Part shown: piece after piece, positions 40,585 through 54,972 of the stretch | How the letters are laid out: the number at the start of each line of letters is the position of its first letter | How positions within the stretch are numbered: the first letter of the stretch is position 1 | Source of the DNA: the human T2T-CHM13v2.0 reference genome, Homo sapiens | Assembly (NCBI RefSeq): GCF_009914755.1 | Contig: NC_060931.1 | Direction: 5' to 3' (one strand) | Length of the DNA stretch: 64,000 nt | The notes under the pieces: model-generated | Database searches by the model: none | The model's input: only the letters and a program-made list of their open reading frames with translations | Told to the model about the DNA's origin: nothing | Position numbers and translations under genes: made by a program

Positions 40585-40830
40585 CATTTATCAAGCACCT
40601 GCTAGCTATGTCAAAACACTGTCACACTCTTACTTTGTATTCATTTTTCCAATTGAACCCACCAACCCCACTTCCAGTATGGAAGAAGTATTATTAATCT
40701 CATTTCAAAAATACTACCCATTTCATTGGTGGCTGGAGAGACTACATTGCCTGAGGTCATTCAGCTAGAAACTGTCAGGGCTGGGATTTGAACCTATGTC
40801 TCTGTGACTGGCCTACTTAGGGCCCAGCAC
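40585..40830 (-). mobile_element. MIR SINE
   Basis: CATTTATCAAGCACCTGCTA..., TTGCCTGAGGTCATTCAGCTAG..GGGCTGGGATTTGAACCTATGTC. Confidence 0.7.
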
Positions 40831-41256
40831 TGGAATTGTGCCTGGTGACTAGCTGCGGCGCAATAAGTATTTTGTGGGCTTACTGACTCCAAAAGCAATA
40901 CTCTTTCCACTACATGTTGGAAACTCTCTAAAACTGGAGGAGAAGAGGTGAAAAAGACAGAAACTCAAGGCAAAAGGTCTGGGTGGCAGGAGTTTGGATA
41001 TTGAGAGGTAAGTCTTTGGTCTTTCCGTTCTATTAGTGTGTGATTCCATCAACTTGTAGTAATTACACACAACGCAAGCCAATGTTTATTAGATACTCTA
41101 AGGCCGGTGAGTCTAACAGGTAAATAACAAAAACAAAGATTATTACCATTAAGACATCTCTTGATTTTAGGGTAATACCCAACAAAGCACTTATTTCATT
41201 AATCACTGTTTGGTCCTTTTCTGCCCTTTCACCCCAACACCATAGATGATAGATCC

Positions 41257-41557
<301 letters not shown>

Positions 41558-42159
41558 GGATCTTGGACCCTCTTGACAAGAGTTTAAAGAACAAGCATAA
41601 GGTACAGATATTTTAGCCTGGAGCTATTCAGAAGTTTATAGATCTTTAACATCCTTTTCCTAAATGTCAGGTTGCTGAGACAGGCAGGGGTGGTACATAT
41701 GCCTTGAGATTCTTTTCTTAGTACATGTGCTGAAGTGAAAAGCTCTTTCCAATTTCTACTTAGGAGAGCAGATAAGGTTGCAGTGCATTCTAAAGTGACC
41801 ATCCACGTTCTGCCTTTGAGGCACTCAACCTGGATACAGGACAGATTTTCTATTAGGAAAAATCCCAAAGCCCCTATCCAAGGACAGTTGTATTTACTAA
41901 TTTTTGACATGTTTTTTCTTAAATTCTATTACTAGCACTCTCACAATAACAGCACCTTTAATTTTCAATTATTGATAAATAGTATTTCTATAAATAATTT
42001 TGTATCATATAACATACGATTTTTATAATATATATAGTACCAAATGAATGGCTTAAAAAGTTTATTATGGAAAGCAAGAGAAGACTCTTACCCATACAGC
42101 ACAGAGGAAGCTCATTGTACTGTAGCTCAGATACCCTGGATTGAGTGTTAGCCATTTAG

Positions 42160-43200
42160 TCATTTAGTTAATGAATCGTTTTTGAGCACCAAGGATATGC
42201 TATGCACAGAGCCAGGTGCTGGGGTACAATAATGAGTGAGATGGACATAGTTCCCACCCATTCAGAGCATATAGTCTATAAGAAAGCAGTAGAATAAATT
42301 GTGGTAAGTGCTGCAATAAGGAAGATGCAAATGCAGGCTGTACCAGGCAGGAACACTGAATTTAGTCTAAATGGGTTATGCAAAGCTTCTTGGAGGAAGC
42401 AACAACTAAGCTAAAATCTGAAGGAGTAAGCCAGTTGAACAGAGAAATATGTCAGACCAGGGGAATTGTATGTTCAGTGACTCAGAGAGAGCATGGGCAC
42501 AGTGCTTCCTAACACCTGAAGTTCTTAGTGCCTAGAAGGGAAAAGATAACATGAGGAGTGCCAAAGGTAGTAGCCAGAGGCTAGCCGTGATGGGCTCTGT
42601 GGGCCCCGGACTTCATCCAAGGGCAATGAGAAGCCATTGCAGGGATTTAGGCAGGGTTGGCATGATCAGACTGTGGCTCAGAAGGGTGGAAATCAAATTG
42701 AAAAAGCAAGATTAGAGGCAGAGGAACCGGGGGAAAGGCTGCAAGGAATAGCCCAAGCAAGAGGTGATGGTATATGTGGCAGGCAACTGGAGAGAAGCAT
42801 TTGGCTGGAGAGCTTTCAGAGGTAGAACTCACAAGAACTGAGGAGAGAGGGTCATTCTCCCGCTGTACTTTGAGCCACAGGGAGAATGATGGTGCAGTAA
42901 CTGAGAAAGGGGGCATCAGTGGGGTAGCAAGCTCGGGGATGTGGAGGGAAGTCAGGAGAGGAAAGGCATGTGTTTCTTTGGGGTAGGATGCCCATATCAT
43001 TTTTTGTCCAAACAGGCACATGTTCAGAAATAAAAGGAGGTGTTATTAGTGCTATTGGGACAACATAGCTTGTATTTGGCAGACCAGACACATGACAATT
43101 CTAGTTTTGGAATATATTGAAGCTGGAGGAACCAACAAGGTACTCAAGTGAAGATTTCAAGTAGGCAGAAGTAGGTCAGAGCTTGAAGAGAAATCCTTGA
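42160..43200 (-). mobile_element. L2 LINE fragment
   Basis: TTTTGAGCACC..GCCAGGTGCTGGGGTACAATAATGAG, GGGCAATGAGAAGCCATTGCAGGGATTTAGGCAGGG, purine-rich body. Confidence 0.8.
42984..43103. mobile_element. MER94/MER81-like hAT-Blackjack MITE inserted in L2
   Basis: TAGGATGCCCATAT ... CATGACAATTCTA degenerate TIRs; internal TCCAAACAGGCACA..AAAGGAGGTGTTATTA..GGGACAACA. Confidence 0.55.
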
Positions 43201-43463
43201 CCAAATTGTTTTCCACCAGGAAAACATTCAAGGAAATCATTTCTTTTTTATCACTCTATGGTGTTTAATTAAGACACATTTTATGGTTGTTGTCACTGTA
43301 GATGCCAAAATAAACTGGCAGCTCAGGATTAATGCTCTGTCCTTCCCTTATAGCTTCTCTCATATCAGGTGGTCCAGGAATAGCTCCAGATGTGTTAGAA
43401 CTGTCTTAGGCTTTAGGTTAGAGTCAGAATAAAATCTGGTCAAAGGCAACCTGCCTAAAATGA

Positions 43464-43856
<393 letters not shown>

Positions 43857-44875
43857 TAAGTGAGATTCCTAATGGAGGTCAGTCAAGAGAGCAAGGATGG
43901 ATGAGCATACATATATCCCCAATCCTAGAAGGGAAAAAAAAGCTCAAAAAAGATAGTCTACTGACTCTGGATTAGCAGCATCATTTCATATCCAGATGAC
44001 AGCATGTTGTTGCCGTGGTTGTGATAATCATTAGCAATTATTATTATTATGACAGAGGACATGCTGATGCTAAGCATCAGTCTTTGTCAATGCCAGCATA
44101 AATGAATGCATATATTAAAGTTCTTTCCACTTTTAGTTCATTCTCATTTTGAAGGCTAAACCTGAAATAATGTGAAGACATTTATTGCTGTCACCTCTAG
44201 CTGATTATGTCATTATGAGAGAAAGCTGTTTTAAAGAATGCACACAACACTGAAGGATTTGCAAAGTAAGTCTGCTGAATTAATGTGTCCCCCCAACAAA
44301 AAAGATTTAAAATATTATTTGATAATTTGTTAACCTGAATGCAATAATACAAAGAATTATTTCTCAAATGCTGATGAAATTGAAACAAGTGAAAATTCAA
44401 GAGTTACCAAGGTAGAACTCAGGGCTTTTCTTGGTGTCTGAGACACCATGAGCCTTTCTGTTTGTTGTCAATGCTGTCTTACTTGGAAAGTGATCAATAA
44501 CACCTTCTCTGTGACCAGTCTTCATCACAGTCCACAAAGTCTCCATCTGAACTTCAATTCAGTAATTTGCTGGCGTGACCATTGCTGAAAGAGAGCCAGC
44601 AGCTGCTGAGAAAACGATGAGCTCAAAGAGAAAAGAGCAATGCCCAAATGGCCATTCCTAGTAGACTGGATGAATAAATTGTGGAATAGTCATGCAATGG
44701 AAATCTATACAGCAAGGGAAATGAAAGAACCACAACTATCTACAACAACATGGATGAACCTTACAATGTACAATGCTGAGTGAAAGAAGGGAAACATAAA
44801 AGAATCTCTACACCAGCCTAGGCAACATAATGAGACCCCCATGTCTACAAAAAAAAATTTTTTTTTTAATTAGAC

Positions 44876-45183
44876 GTAGCCAGGTGGCTCATGCCTGTAA
44901 TCCCAGCACTTTGGAAGGCATAACTGGGCAGATCGTTTGAGGTCAGGAGTTCAAGACCAGCCTGGCCAACATAGAGAGACCCCATCTCTACTAAAAAAAA
45001 TTACAAAAATTAGCCAGGCGAGGTGTCAGGCACCTGTAATCCTAGCTACTCAGGAGACTGAGGCAGGAGAATCACTTGAACCCAGGAAGCAGAGGTCACA
45101 ATGAGCGAAGATCGCACCACTGCACTCCAGCCTGGGTGACAGAGCAAGACTCCATCTCAAAAAAAAAAAAAAAAAAAAAAAAA
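44876..45183 (+). mobile_element. AluS SINE (nested)
   Basis: Dimer with A25 tail. Confidence 0.93.
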
Positions 45184-45664
<481 letters not shown>

Positions 45665-45756
45665 CTAAGATCAAAAATTGAACTTAGCATATTGTTGGGT
45701 CATGTAAATAGCTGGTAACCTCAAAAAGAAAGCCAGGGAAGTGATGGTCATAAAAG

Positions 45757-47661
45757 TGTTATGGGATCTTTGGGGTACCATTTTTCTGGTTGGAAAACTC
45801 TGTGGCTAGTGGCACCTTTGCCTGAGTTTTGCTTGTGCCCACTGGGCTTGTTTCACCCACTTGGCCTGGCAGGCTGTGCTGGGTTCATGCTACTAGCCTG
45901 GGTCCCATGCCTGCTGAGGGTGAGTCAGGCATGGAATGGCGAGAGGTGTGTGAGTGAGTGTAGGGTCCAGCCACTGTGCACAGTCAGACATGCTGGCTGC
46001 TGCAGCAGGGAGGGCAACTCCAGGTTCCAGCACAGGTGCCAGCTTTCTATGAGGCTGTGGCCAGACCAGCAGATGTCAGATGATCAGCTGCAAAGAGGAG
46101 AAACCCACAAGCAGCTTCCACAGCTGGCATCAGAGAACACGGTGGTGCCTGAAAGCTTGGAGATGCCAGGAATTGCAGGGCCTCAAAGAAGGAGTCATAG
46201 CCCTGACTTGGGGAGCTCCCAGGTTTGGGTTCCCCAAAGGACCACAGCTCTTCTTTCCTTCTCTTCACCCGCAACATAGGAAGCAAGAGGCATGTCTCAG
46301 CCCTGTTTGTGTTACAGCTCTTTTAGCCTCACCATTCAGTGGGTCCCAAGTTCTTGTCCTGCAACCAGAAAGAATGAGGTATGCAGACAAGTGGAGGGTG
46401 AGCAAGATGAAGAGGAGCTTTACTGAGCAATAGAACAGCTCAGAGGATGCCTGCAGGGAGCAGCTCCTTTCCACAGCCATGGTGTCCTGATAAGTGTTCG
46501 GCTCCTAGCAGAGGGTAGCTCCTCTCTGCTAGGCAAGTCATCCCAACAAGTGTTCAGCTATCAGCAGAGAGGGTAGCTCCTCTCTGCAGCTGGTTGTCCC
46601 ATCATCTGCACAGCTCTCAGCAGTGGAGGAAGCCCTAGAGTGGGTGGCTCCTCCCTGCACCTGGTCGACTCATCATCTCCCTATCATCTCTCCATCGTCT
46701 CTGCAGCTCTGAGCAGAGAGGAGGCCCTGGAGTGGGTTGCTCCTCTTTGCAGCTGATCATCTGACATCTGCTCAGCTCTGGCTGATCCCAGAGCTTTTAA
46801 GGGCCTCAAAGGGGAAGAAGTGCATGCTGATTGGTCCCACCCAGAAAAGGCACTACAAGTTTCTACTCAGGTCCACGGAACTGGCAGCCTGACTCCCAGC
46901 CTTCAGGTCCTCCCTGGCCTGAAGGTGGGGCCTCACTGGGGACCTGCCCCGTTCCGCCCAGGAACCTGTCTGCCTCCCTCTGCCTTTCATGACATCCAGG
47001 CTATAGGTGCCAAGCGGCACCTATAGGTCAGCACCAAGCTTCCCTCATCTCACCCTCAGCTTTCCTCCTATGCTCGTCAGTGCCCAAATTCCAGAGGGGG
47101 CAGATGCAGCAGGGTGCTGGCGTGTCAGCACTGCCCCAAGTGTGTGCACGCTCGACTGGGCTGCGGCAGTGGCCGGGCTGGGTCCTGACTTTACTCTGAG
47201 ATCAGAGCAGGTGCCGACAGCAGGGAGAAACCAGGCGGCGGGAGCAGGCACTTTCAAGCCTGCAAGGGCAGGGGTGCCTTCCCAGACCCCCAGTAGTGCA
47301 GGGATGCCTGGGTCCATAGCTGCAGTTTGGGGCAGCTGCAGCTGCGCCTGGGCTCCCACCTGCTCTATGGAGCAGGAGGCCCAGGTCTGCAGCCATGGTT
47401 TGGGTGGCTGCAGCTATGCCCAGGAAAGTGGGACTCCCGCCTGCCCCCCAACCCCGAGAGCACGAGGATGCATGGGTCCATAGCCATGGCTTCCACAGCT
47501 ACAGAGCCACCCAGGGAGCTCCCACCCCAACTTAGAAGGGGTGGGGCTCCCACTTGTCCCAGCTCTTGCTGGCTCCATGGAGCGAACAGCCCCCACCCCG
47601 CCTCCCTGCTGCAGCCGGCATGATGGCAGGGGCAGCTCCAGACGGCCTGCTGCTGCCATCA
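45757..47661 (-). mobile_element. MER52(A-like) ERV1 solo LTR, ~1.9 kb
   Basis: Minus strand begins TGATGGCAGCAGCAGGCCGTCTGGAG and ends CCCATAACA; GC-rich; internal AGCAGAGAGGGTAGCTCCTCTCTGC repeats typical of MER52. Confidence 0.88.
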
Positions 47662-50249
47662 AGTCAGTGAATAGTGATTACCCCCAGCAGGAGAAGGGCA
47701 TATGGCTGGGGAGGGACATGTGGGGTTTCCAGGATACTGGCAATGTCCTATTTCTTGAGCTGGCTGGCGGTTACACAGTGCTCACTTTATAATTCTGTGT
47801 TAAACTGTGCCTTTGTATTTTGTGCACTCTTCTGAATGTGTGTCTTATTTCAAAAATCAAATTCTTAAAAAGATAAGAAGACCACTTGAGCAGTGATATG
47901 GGGGAACCTAAATCTGTACATTTTAAGTTTTTCATTACAATGATTTACCCAAAGGGACAAAGAATTCTTCCAGTTCCACCTTTTTCTCCTCCGTTCAGAG
48001 GTTCTAACTAAATGCCACTTCTCTCTCAGATAGCCCTTTCTTTTAAGTCAGCCCAGATCTCCCCTGTGCCTACCACCACCCCACCCCACACAGTAGAGTC
48101 TCATGCCCTGGATTCTCTTCTGGATCTGGTCATCTCATGGCAGGCTGCACACATGGCTTATTGGGAGACACAGGAAAGTTGTGAACTGCCTCGTGTCAGT
48201 ACTAGGGCAAAGAAGCTCAAAGGTAGGAATTCTCAAGGTCCCTCCCCCTTTCCCCTTTGAAGAATGAGGGATTCATGCATGGAACTGCTTTGCTCATTCA
48301 GAATGACAGACCAAACCCCTCCTTCCTGTAGCTGACCACCACATTCCATATAGACCAGCACCCCTTGGCACAATGAGAATTAGCCTCATTGTGTGCTTTC
48401 TGTCACCTATTCTAGGACACTCTGCAGCAGCCTTGACCTTCATTATGAGTTCAAGATGAAGATCCCATCCCAAAAGAACAACTTGAAGAACTGCGCCCTG
48501 TGAAAAAAATGCTGTCGTTGTTGTTGTTTTACAGCAACAGCATTTGCCAGTAGATTCCAAGCTTTTTCCATAATTAGGCCCACTTGGGGCAAAAAGAATC
48601 AATCTAGGTAAAAATCATATCTAAAAATCTCATACCTATTACAGAAACCTAGTTTCCTTTTAGCTTAGCAGGATTCCATCCTGCTACCCAGGATTTGAGG
48701 CTCTGCACTAAGCTTCAGGGATGCAAGAACCACTATGCTGGCTCCTGAGATTGCTTCATAAAAGGATGCATTTACCAAAGATAATCAGATAGTTTATACA
48801 AAGCATAAGTGTGAGCTCTACCTTGAACCCATTCTATTTTCTTGGATTCTAAATCCTCACCTTTGGTCTTAATTTTAGTCCTCTATGGTAACCATGGTTT
48901 CAGAATCCTTCTTTCAATTACTATCAGCAGTTGCATAAAGGAGATGTTGGCTTTAGTCTCTTAAGCCCCATCTGAAATTTCTGCAGTGGTTTGGGAGCAA
49001 CTCACTTTTAAAGTGAACTTCAGATCCTGCTTTCAAAGGCACACAGTGGCTGTCAGAGCTGAGCAGTTTCATTTTCAGGCCACTCAACGTGGCAAAGAGC
49101 TCAGGTCTAAACAGCCTTTGCCCAGGTGTGGAACCATCTCACCTTGCCTGACTTAACTCCTCCCTGCTGGCCTCCTAGCCTCGGGCTGCTTTAACTCCAT
49201 TGTATTTGTCAAGAAAATGCATTTTCCAAGCCTGCCTCATGAACCTTGTGTCTTCTGGGTTTCCATAATCCTCTGGGTTAAGCACACACTTCTGACTGTG
49301 ACCACCTTAACTTCTGAACTGCTAGCTCTTCCAGTCATTCTGGGGCTCCCCTGCAAACCTTCTTTGCTTCTCCCCCTCTTTCCACCCAGGCAAATTCTTC
49401 AAGGCCCATCCCACACACCCTGGCCTTCCTAGCCCACAAGGATCTCTCCCTGCCTCTGCCTATCTACACACTTTATTGGAGTATTCCTTGGTATTGCTAT
49501 TTATCTTTGCTCAGCGCGGGCTACGTTGCCAGTCTTCGTTATAATTTCCCTGAGGGCAAACCCTGTCCAGTATCCTGTGTGCCCATATTGTGCCTATCCA
49601 GTGCTGGGCAGTCAATATTTATGTGTTGAGCAAAGGCTCAACCTCAGATTTTTTTCAACCTCACCCCATTTCATTCAGCCCACAAGGGCCTCCTCCCTTT
49701 TTCTCCTCATCTAATTCAGCTTCTCAAACTGCTGCCTTGACCCAGCCCAGAAAACAGCAGGGTTTTCTTGTTCATTGGGAAGTTTTCTCATGTAAACACC
49801 ACATCTTTAAACAACCTTCCCCTTCAATACAGTCTCTGGCATTCATCCTTTTGCAAGTCTCCTAAACGCTTATTTGATTGTGTTTAGGTCCATAGCATAC
49901 TCTTTACTTTGTTCATCTCTCTCACACTGGTAGATAGCTGAGGACAAAAACAACATCTATGCTTCATCATAGAGCCCTGAGGCCCTCACATCCCTGGGAA
50001 CTCAGGGGCCTTTCCTGATTTGACGATTGACAATTCTAGGTACAGGACCACAGAAGCCTCCTCCCTCAGACAGTACTACTTCACTGATTCTAATCCCATA
50101 CAAACCCCCATGGCCACACCATGATACCCTCCTTCTCCACACAGTCCCTCCCTCATACCACATCATCAACTGTCTTTTGAAATCCTCCCATTGCTGACTG
50201 ATCATAAAGTCTTTAGGCAAACACTATTCCGATACCTAGCACCAGGACT

Positions 50250-50421
50250 TCTGTTGGCTATTTAATTGTAGGTTAATTAAAATTAAGTACCATTCATTTC
50301 CAATGTAGTTGCACTAGCTACATTTCAAGTGCTCCATAGGTACACGTGACTAGTGTCTACCGTATTGGACAGCACAGATACAGAACATTTCCGTCACACA
50401 AAGGGCTCTTGGGCAGTGCTG
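50250..50421. mobile_element. MER3/MER33-like hAT MITE
   Basis: GCACTAGCTACATTTCAAGTGCTC..TACCGTATTGGACAGCACAGATACAGAACATTTCC..GGGCAGTGCTG. Confidence 0.85.
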
Positions 50422-50755
50422 ACTTAGAGCAAGCAAGAGAAGTAAGAGGAATCGGAAGGATTTATTGAGCCAGCAAGGATCATCTAGTTTATTTCAAAGC
50501 TCTTAGGAATGAGTGTACTTAAATGCTTCAGAGAAATATGGTGGTTCATTTTCCTGTTCTATTTTATTTTCTATCAGTTTCAAGAAGTGTCTCTTTACCA
50601 CCCTCTAGGTAACCTATTGAAATTGTCACAATCAACATGGGCAGGAAGTTGTCTCTAAAGTCTAATCTTGTTTGTGGAATTCTTTGCCCACCTAAGGCAA
50701 CTGACTTTAAGGCAACTGGCTTGGGCACTTCTCTCATTAAAAAAAAAAAAAAAAA

Positions 50756-50852
50756 CAGGCACGTACCTGTAGTCCCAACTACTCGGGAGGCTGAGACAGG
50801 AAAATCGCTTGAACCTGGGAGGCGGAGGTTGCAGTGAGCAGAGATCGTGCCA
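50756..50852 (+). mobile_element. Alu right-arm fragment truncated at both ends, no 3' tail
   Basis: CCTGTAGTCCCAACTACTCGGGAGGCTGAG...GAGATCGTGCCA then unique sequence; preceded by A17. Confidence 0.92.
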
Positions 50853-53800
50853 AATATCTATCTTCTTGGTGTTTTAATTTCCATTATTACAGTTTCAGTT
50901 TTATGCTTCACCCCATTAAGATTCTTTTGAAATTGACCCTGGGGTAAACATATCATTATGGACTCAAGTTTATAAGTAAAATAACCAATAACCTAAATTT
51001 CAGATGTTCAAAAGTACTGAGAGAGGGGAAACTCGGGCAAAGCCAGGAAAACAGAGTTGTTTCCACGTTTCACTAATGTGTTGGGTTTGAGATTTTGTTG
51101 GCTTGTTTGTTTTAATAAGCCCTTTCTCCTTTCTCTCTCTCTCTCTCTCTCTCACTCACTCAAATGCTAAAATTAAAAAAAAAGGAGCCCCAATACACCT
51201 TTGAGATTTAATCTTTAACTATTTGCTTGTTTTGGGGTTTCCTCCTCTTTTTTAATCTCTGGTAGTGCCATCATAGTCTATGAGATTCTTTTCTCTCCTC
51301 GTCTGTCTGTTACACAGAAGAAACTGTCTATAAAACAAATAGCTATATAGAACTTTATGAGAATATAAATCATGGCCCCCTATTGTGGCATTCATAATGT
51401 TTATTTTGCATGCCTTCAAGAGTTAGGCAAAGCCCAAATCAGTCTCAGCTTGATTTAATATAAGCTTAATTTGATCCCTGTAAATGCAACTGAAAATCTT
51501 CCATCTTGATCCTGCTTTAAAAAAAATATATTAAATCACATGAACAATAGGAATGTGCTTGCATTTCTAATAATAATTCTAAAACAGATGTTCCCTATTT
51601 ACAATCATCGCAATTAACATGTCACTACTAGGAATTCACCAGGGTTCACCAGTTCAGTTCTATGCAAACATCTGCTGTTCTTCACCCATCTCCAAAAGAA
51701 TACATTCCTCTTGCCCATTTAGATCTGGAAAAAAAAAAAAAAAACCTGCTGTCTCAATTACTTACCTTCATCCTTGCACGAGAGCCTCCTATGTGATTAC
51801 ACACAAAAATTCTGACCCTTGTTTCTGAATTATTTCTCAATATCCCAGCAGAAAAGTTTTTGCAGTAGGGAGCCTGTGCCTTTCCCCTTCTTCTCTCATT
51901 TAAAAAACAAAAACAAAAACAAAAAAACAGCAGTTGCATCACTCTTGTAATATAAAGTATATGTGCTTCAGCACTAGTACCCCAAGTCACAGCAGCCACA
52001 TTAATCACTTTAAATGCGATTCACAGGGAAGCCCTTTGCTTGAAAGTAATCACGACCTTTTGGGATTCCAGTCGCTTTATATTGGAGCTTGCTGATATGT
52101 GCGTACTTTAACAGGGATTCCACACCACATTTACAGATGCACCACCACAGCTTGCATTTTTGAAGGCACATGGACAATTTATCAAGGCTTCAAATTTTAC
52201 AGAGACACACATGGCTGTGTAAAGAAACTTCAGCTGCCACAATGATCTTCACTGTCACCTGGCCCCAACAGAAGGGCAAATACGATCAAAGCAATATACA
52301 AAACGAGCCGATTGTGATCTCTTTTTTAAGGAAGAGAAAACTCTGTCTCTGTTCTATTTCCTTGTGTGTTTCACAGTTTGGGCTCCATGATTATATTATT
52401 GCAGAAATCTCTCCAGGAAAATTGAACTCATCAGGACATTTGCACCTTCTCATTCATACACATCTGGACATGTTATATCTGAAAATTGGAAAATCCACGT
52501 GCATTCACAGACCATGCAAAAAAAAGAAAGTGGGAAATGCCAAGCCCATTTATCATTCTCAGTGACAAAATTGTACAGGCAGCCTCTTCTGCAAGAAAAG
52601 CAAATGAATGAAAGGGTGAGCAGAGTGCTAATAAAGTACCATGGCTCCAGATTAAAGTGTCAGTGCTTCTGCTCAGCCTCTGAGCAGCTGAAATGCTTCT
52701 CTGGGTTCTGATTAGGAAAAGGAAGATATTCAAAGAGATGTGAGCTGCATGCCTGGGATACATTTTCATAAGCCAACCATGCCTTGTCAAACCAGAGGCA
52801 GAGATTATGTTGGCAAGGGTTGCAGGCCAGGCTGAAGCCCTTGGCAAAATCAGGAGGCAGATGAATTGGTGTTTCCAGGGCTCTTTGCTGAAGCTCCCAA
52901 GCAGCCCACCTCATGCCCAACTTTCTACAGTTTATGAGCAAGGCAGAGGCCCACCATGTACATAACCTGCAACACCAGCATCCTCTCAGTATCACAAAGA
53001 ACTCATTTCTCCCTCCAATCAAGCAGCTCCCCTCACTCTCAGTCTGACCTTCACTGCCTCAGGGAGCACATAGGTTGGGAAGACACCTTAACCACCCCCC
53101 CAGACCAAAGAAGCAGAGGCCTCTAGACTAAGGTCCTGGCTATATCCTCTGCAGAGGAGGAGAGAAACGCCTTCCATTCCTTTGGAATAAGCCCACTACC
53201 AACAAACGCCAACACAGTTAACGCCTCATCCAGTTTGTCCTGACATCAATTTCAAGCTTTTCTAGGATTGGGTCCCAGACAGGAGCCTAGAGAGACACCC
53301 TCAGTGTTTCCTGCTTAAGCTTGGACTGCGTTTCCCCTCCCCCTAGGAACTTTAACTGCCTTCCAAGAGGCCTGCCTCCCAAAGTCACCCCTGTACTGCT
53401 AATTTACAACATGAAACCTTCAAAGCATCACGGCAATTAGATTAATCTTTATTGCATGCTTTCTGCTTTTAAAAAAAATGTCGTTATGTAATGTTCAATT
53501 TTTTAATAAATGTGACAGGAAATGAGTCCCAAAGAAAATCTATTTCATGGGTTTTCACAAGTGTCTATGAGTGGCGAGGACATGGGTGGGCTGCCTCTGC
53601 ATCCTCCTGCTCTCAGGCTGTGTGGGTCACTCCAAGCAAAGGGTTCCCTGCTGACAGCATCCTCCTCGTGGGTGGCAGGGGCTGTGTCTGCCTCTGCTGA
53701 GGAGAGGCAAGGAAGTGAAGAGTTCCGATTCAGAAGCACTTGCAGCTGTGGGCAAGAGCCGGTTTCATGCAGATTCACTGTCAAGTGAAGGCTGAGGTAG

Positions 53801-54765
53801 GAAGTATTCTCTTGATTCTGAAATGAAATCCTGCATTATCCCTCAAGTACATTTACCTATCCCTACTGCTTCTCAGAGAGAGCCAAATCTTTGAGTTCCC
53901 AGGAGGCAGAACTGTGTGGGTTCAGAGGTTCTAGAAGACAAAGATCGGACCCTTTTAAAGGCATTACGTGCAACATGAAAGAGCTAGGACACCAAATTTG
54001 GAAAATTCAGCATAATCTACAGTGTGACCATCTCACTATGCTGCTTTATAACCTTGTTTTGCCATCTTTAAAGGCCTAAAGTAGCACAGTCAAAATTTCT
54101 AGACTTGGAAAAACAGGAGTTCACAGAGAAATGAGTAAAATAACCAATTCTCCCACCTCCAAGTGAAACCTCACTTAGTTACAATAAACTGCACAAATGC
54201 ACTTTGCAAACATAGATTAAGTAGTGTAATCAAAGGTCAGTGAATTTGCCACAAGTGTTAGAGAGCTCCCCCAGTTTGTAACATGGAGATAATAACAGGC
54301 CGCATATAGTAAGAAAATGTCAAGAGTGAAGGGGCTAAATATTTACTAAAGCATGAGGAGCTTGGAATTTGGTGACAATATTACCAGGAAGCGGAAAGGA
54401 GGGGCAGAGGGGAGGGCCTTGCAATGATTTACATCCAAAAGATGCAAGGTGGGCTTTATCTGTTTAAGGGAGTTTCCCATGAGACTAAGTGTTTGAAACC
54501 GGTTTCAATAGCCCAAGGTTCATACTGTGTTCCAGAAGTGACTTTCGTTGGAAGGGTCTTTCTCAAAGGTGGAAAACATTGAGTTGTTGACAACTCTAGT
54601 GAGTCATGGTATTTTGTAATACAAATATCTAGAAGTGTTCAGTCTTGGTCCAAGTAGATATTTAATGAGGAAATACTAACTTCTTTTTATAACACATTTA
54701 TCAGGTAAAAAAGCAGTCCCTGAAATTTCATCCTAGTCTAAATCTGATAGTTTTCCTTCTGCTGC

Positions 54766-54972
54766 AGGGTTACTCAACCTCACCACTATTGACATTATGG
54801 ACCAGCTAATTCTGTGGGGGATGGAGATCTGTCCTGTGCATTGTAGGATGTTTGCCAACAGTCCTGGCCTCCCCCTACTAGAAGCCAGTAGCACCACTCA
54901 GTTGAAACAACCCAAAATATCTTCAGTCATTGCCACATGAGAGTGAAAATTTCTCCCAGTTGAGAAGCTCTG
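54766..54972. mobile_element. MER20 hAT MITE
   Basis: CAGGGTTACTCAACCT..CACTATTGACATT..CTGTCCTGTGCATTGTAGGATGTTT..CAGTTGAGAAGCTCTG. Confidence 0.9.

Noticed and set aside
45761-47792. Dense overlapping ORFs up to 172 aa
   Set aside because: All lie within the GC-rich MER52 LTR, where stops are scarce; no gag/pol/env motifs
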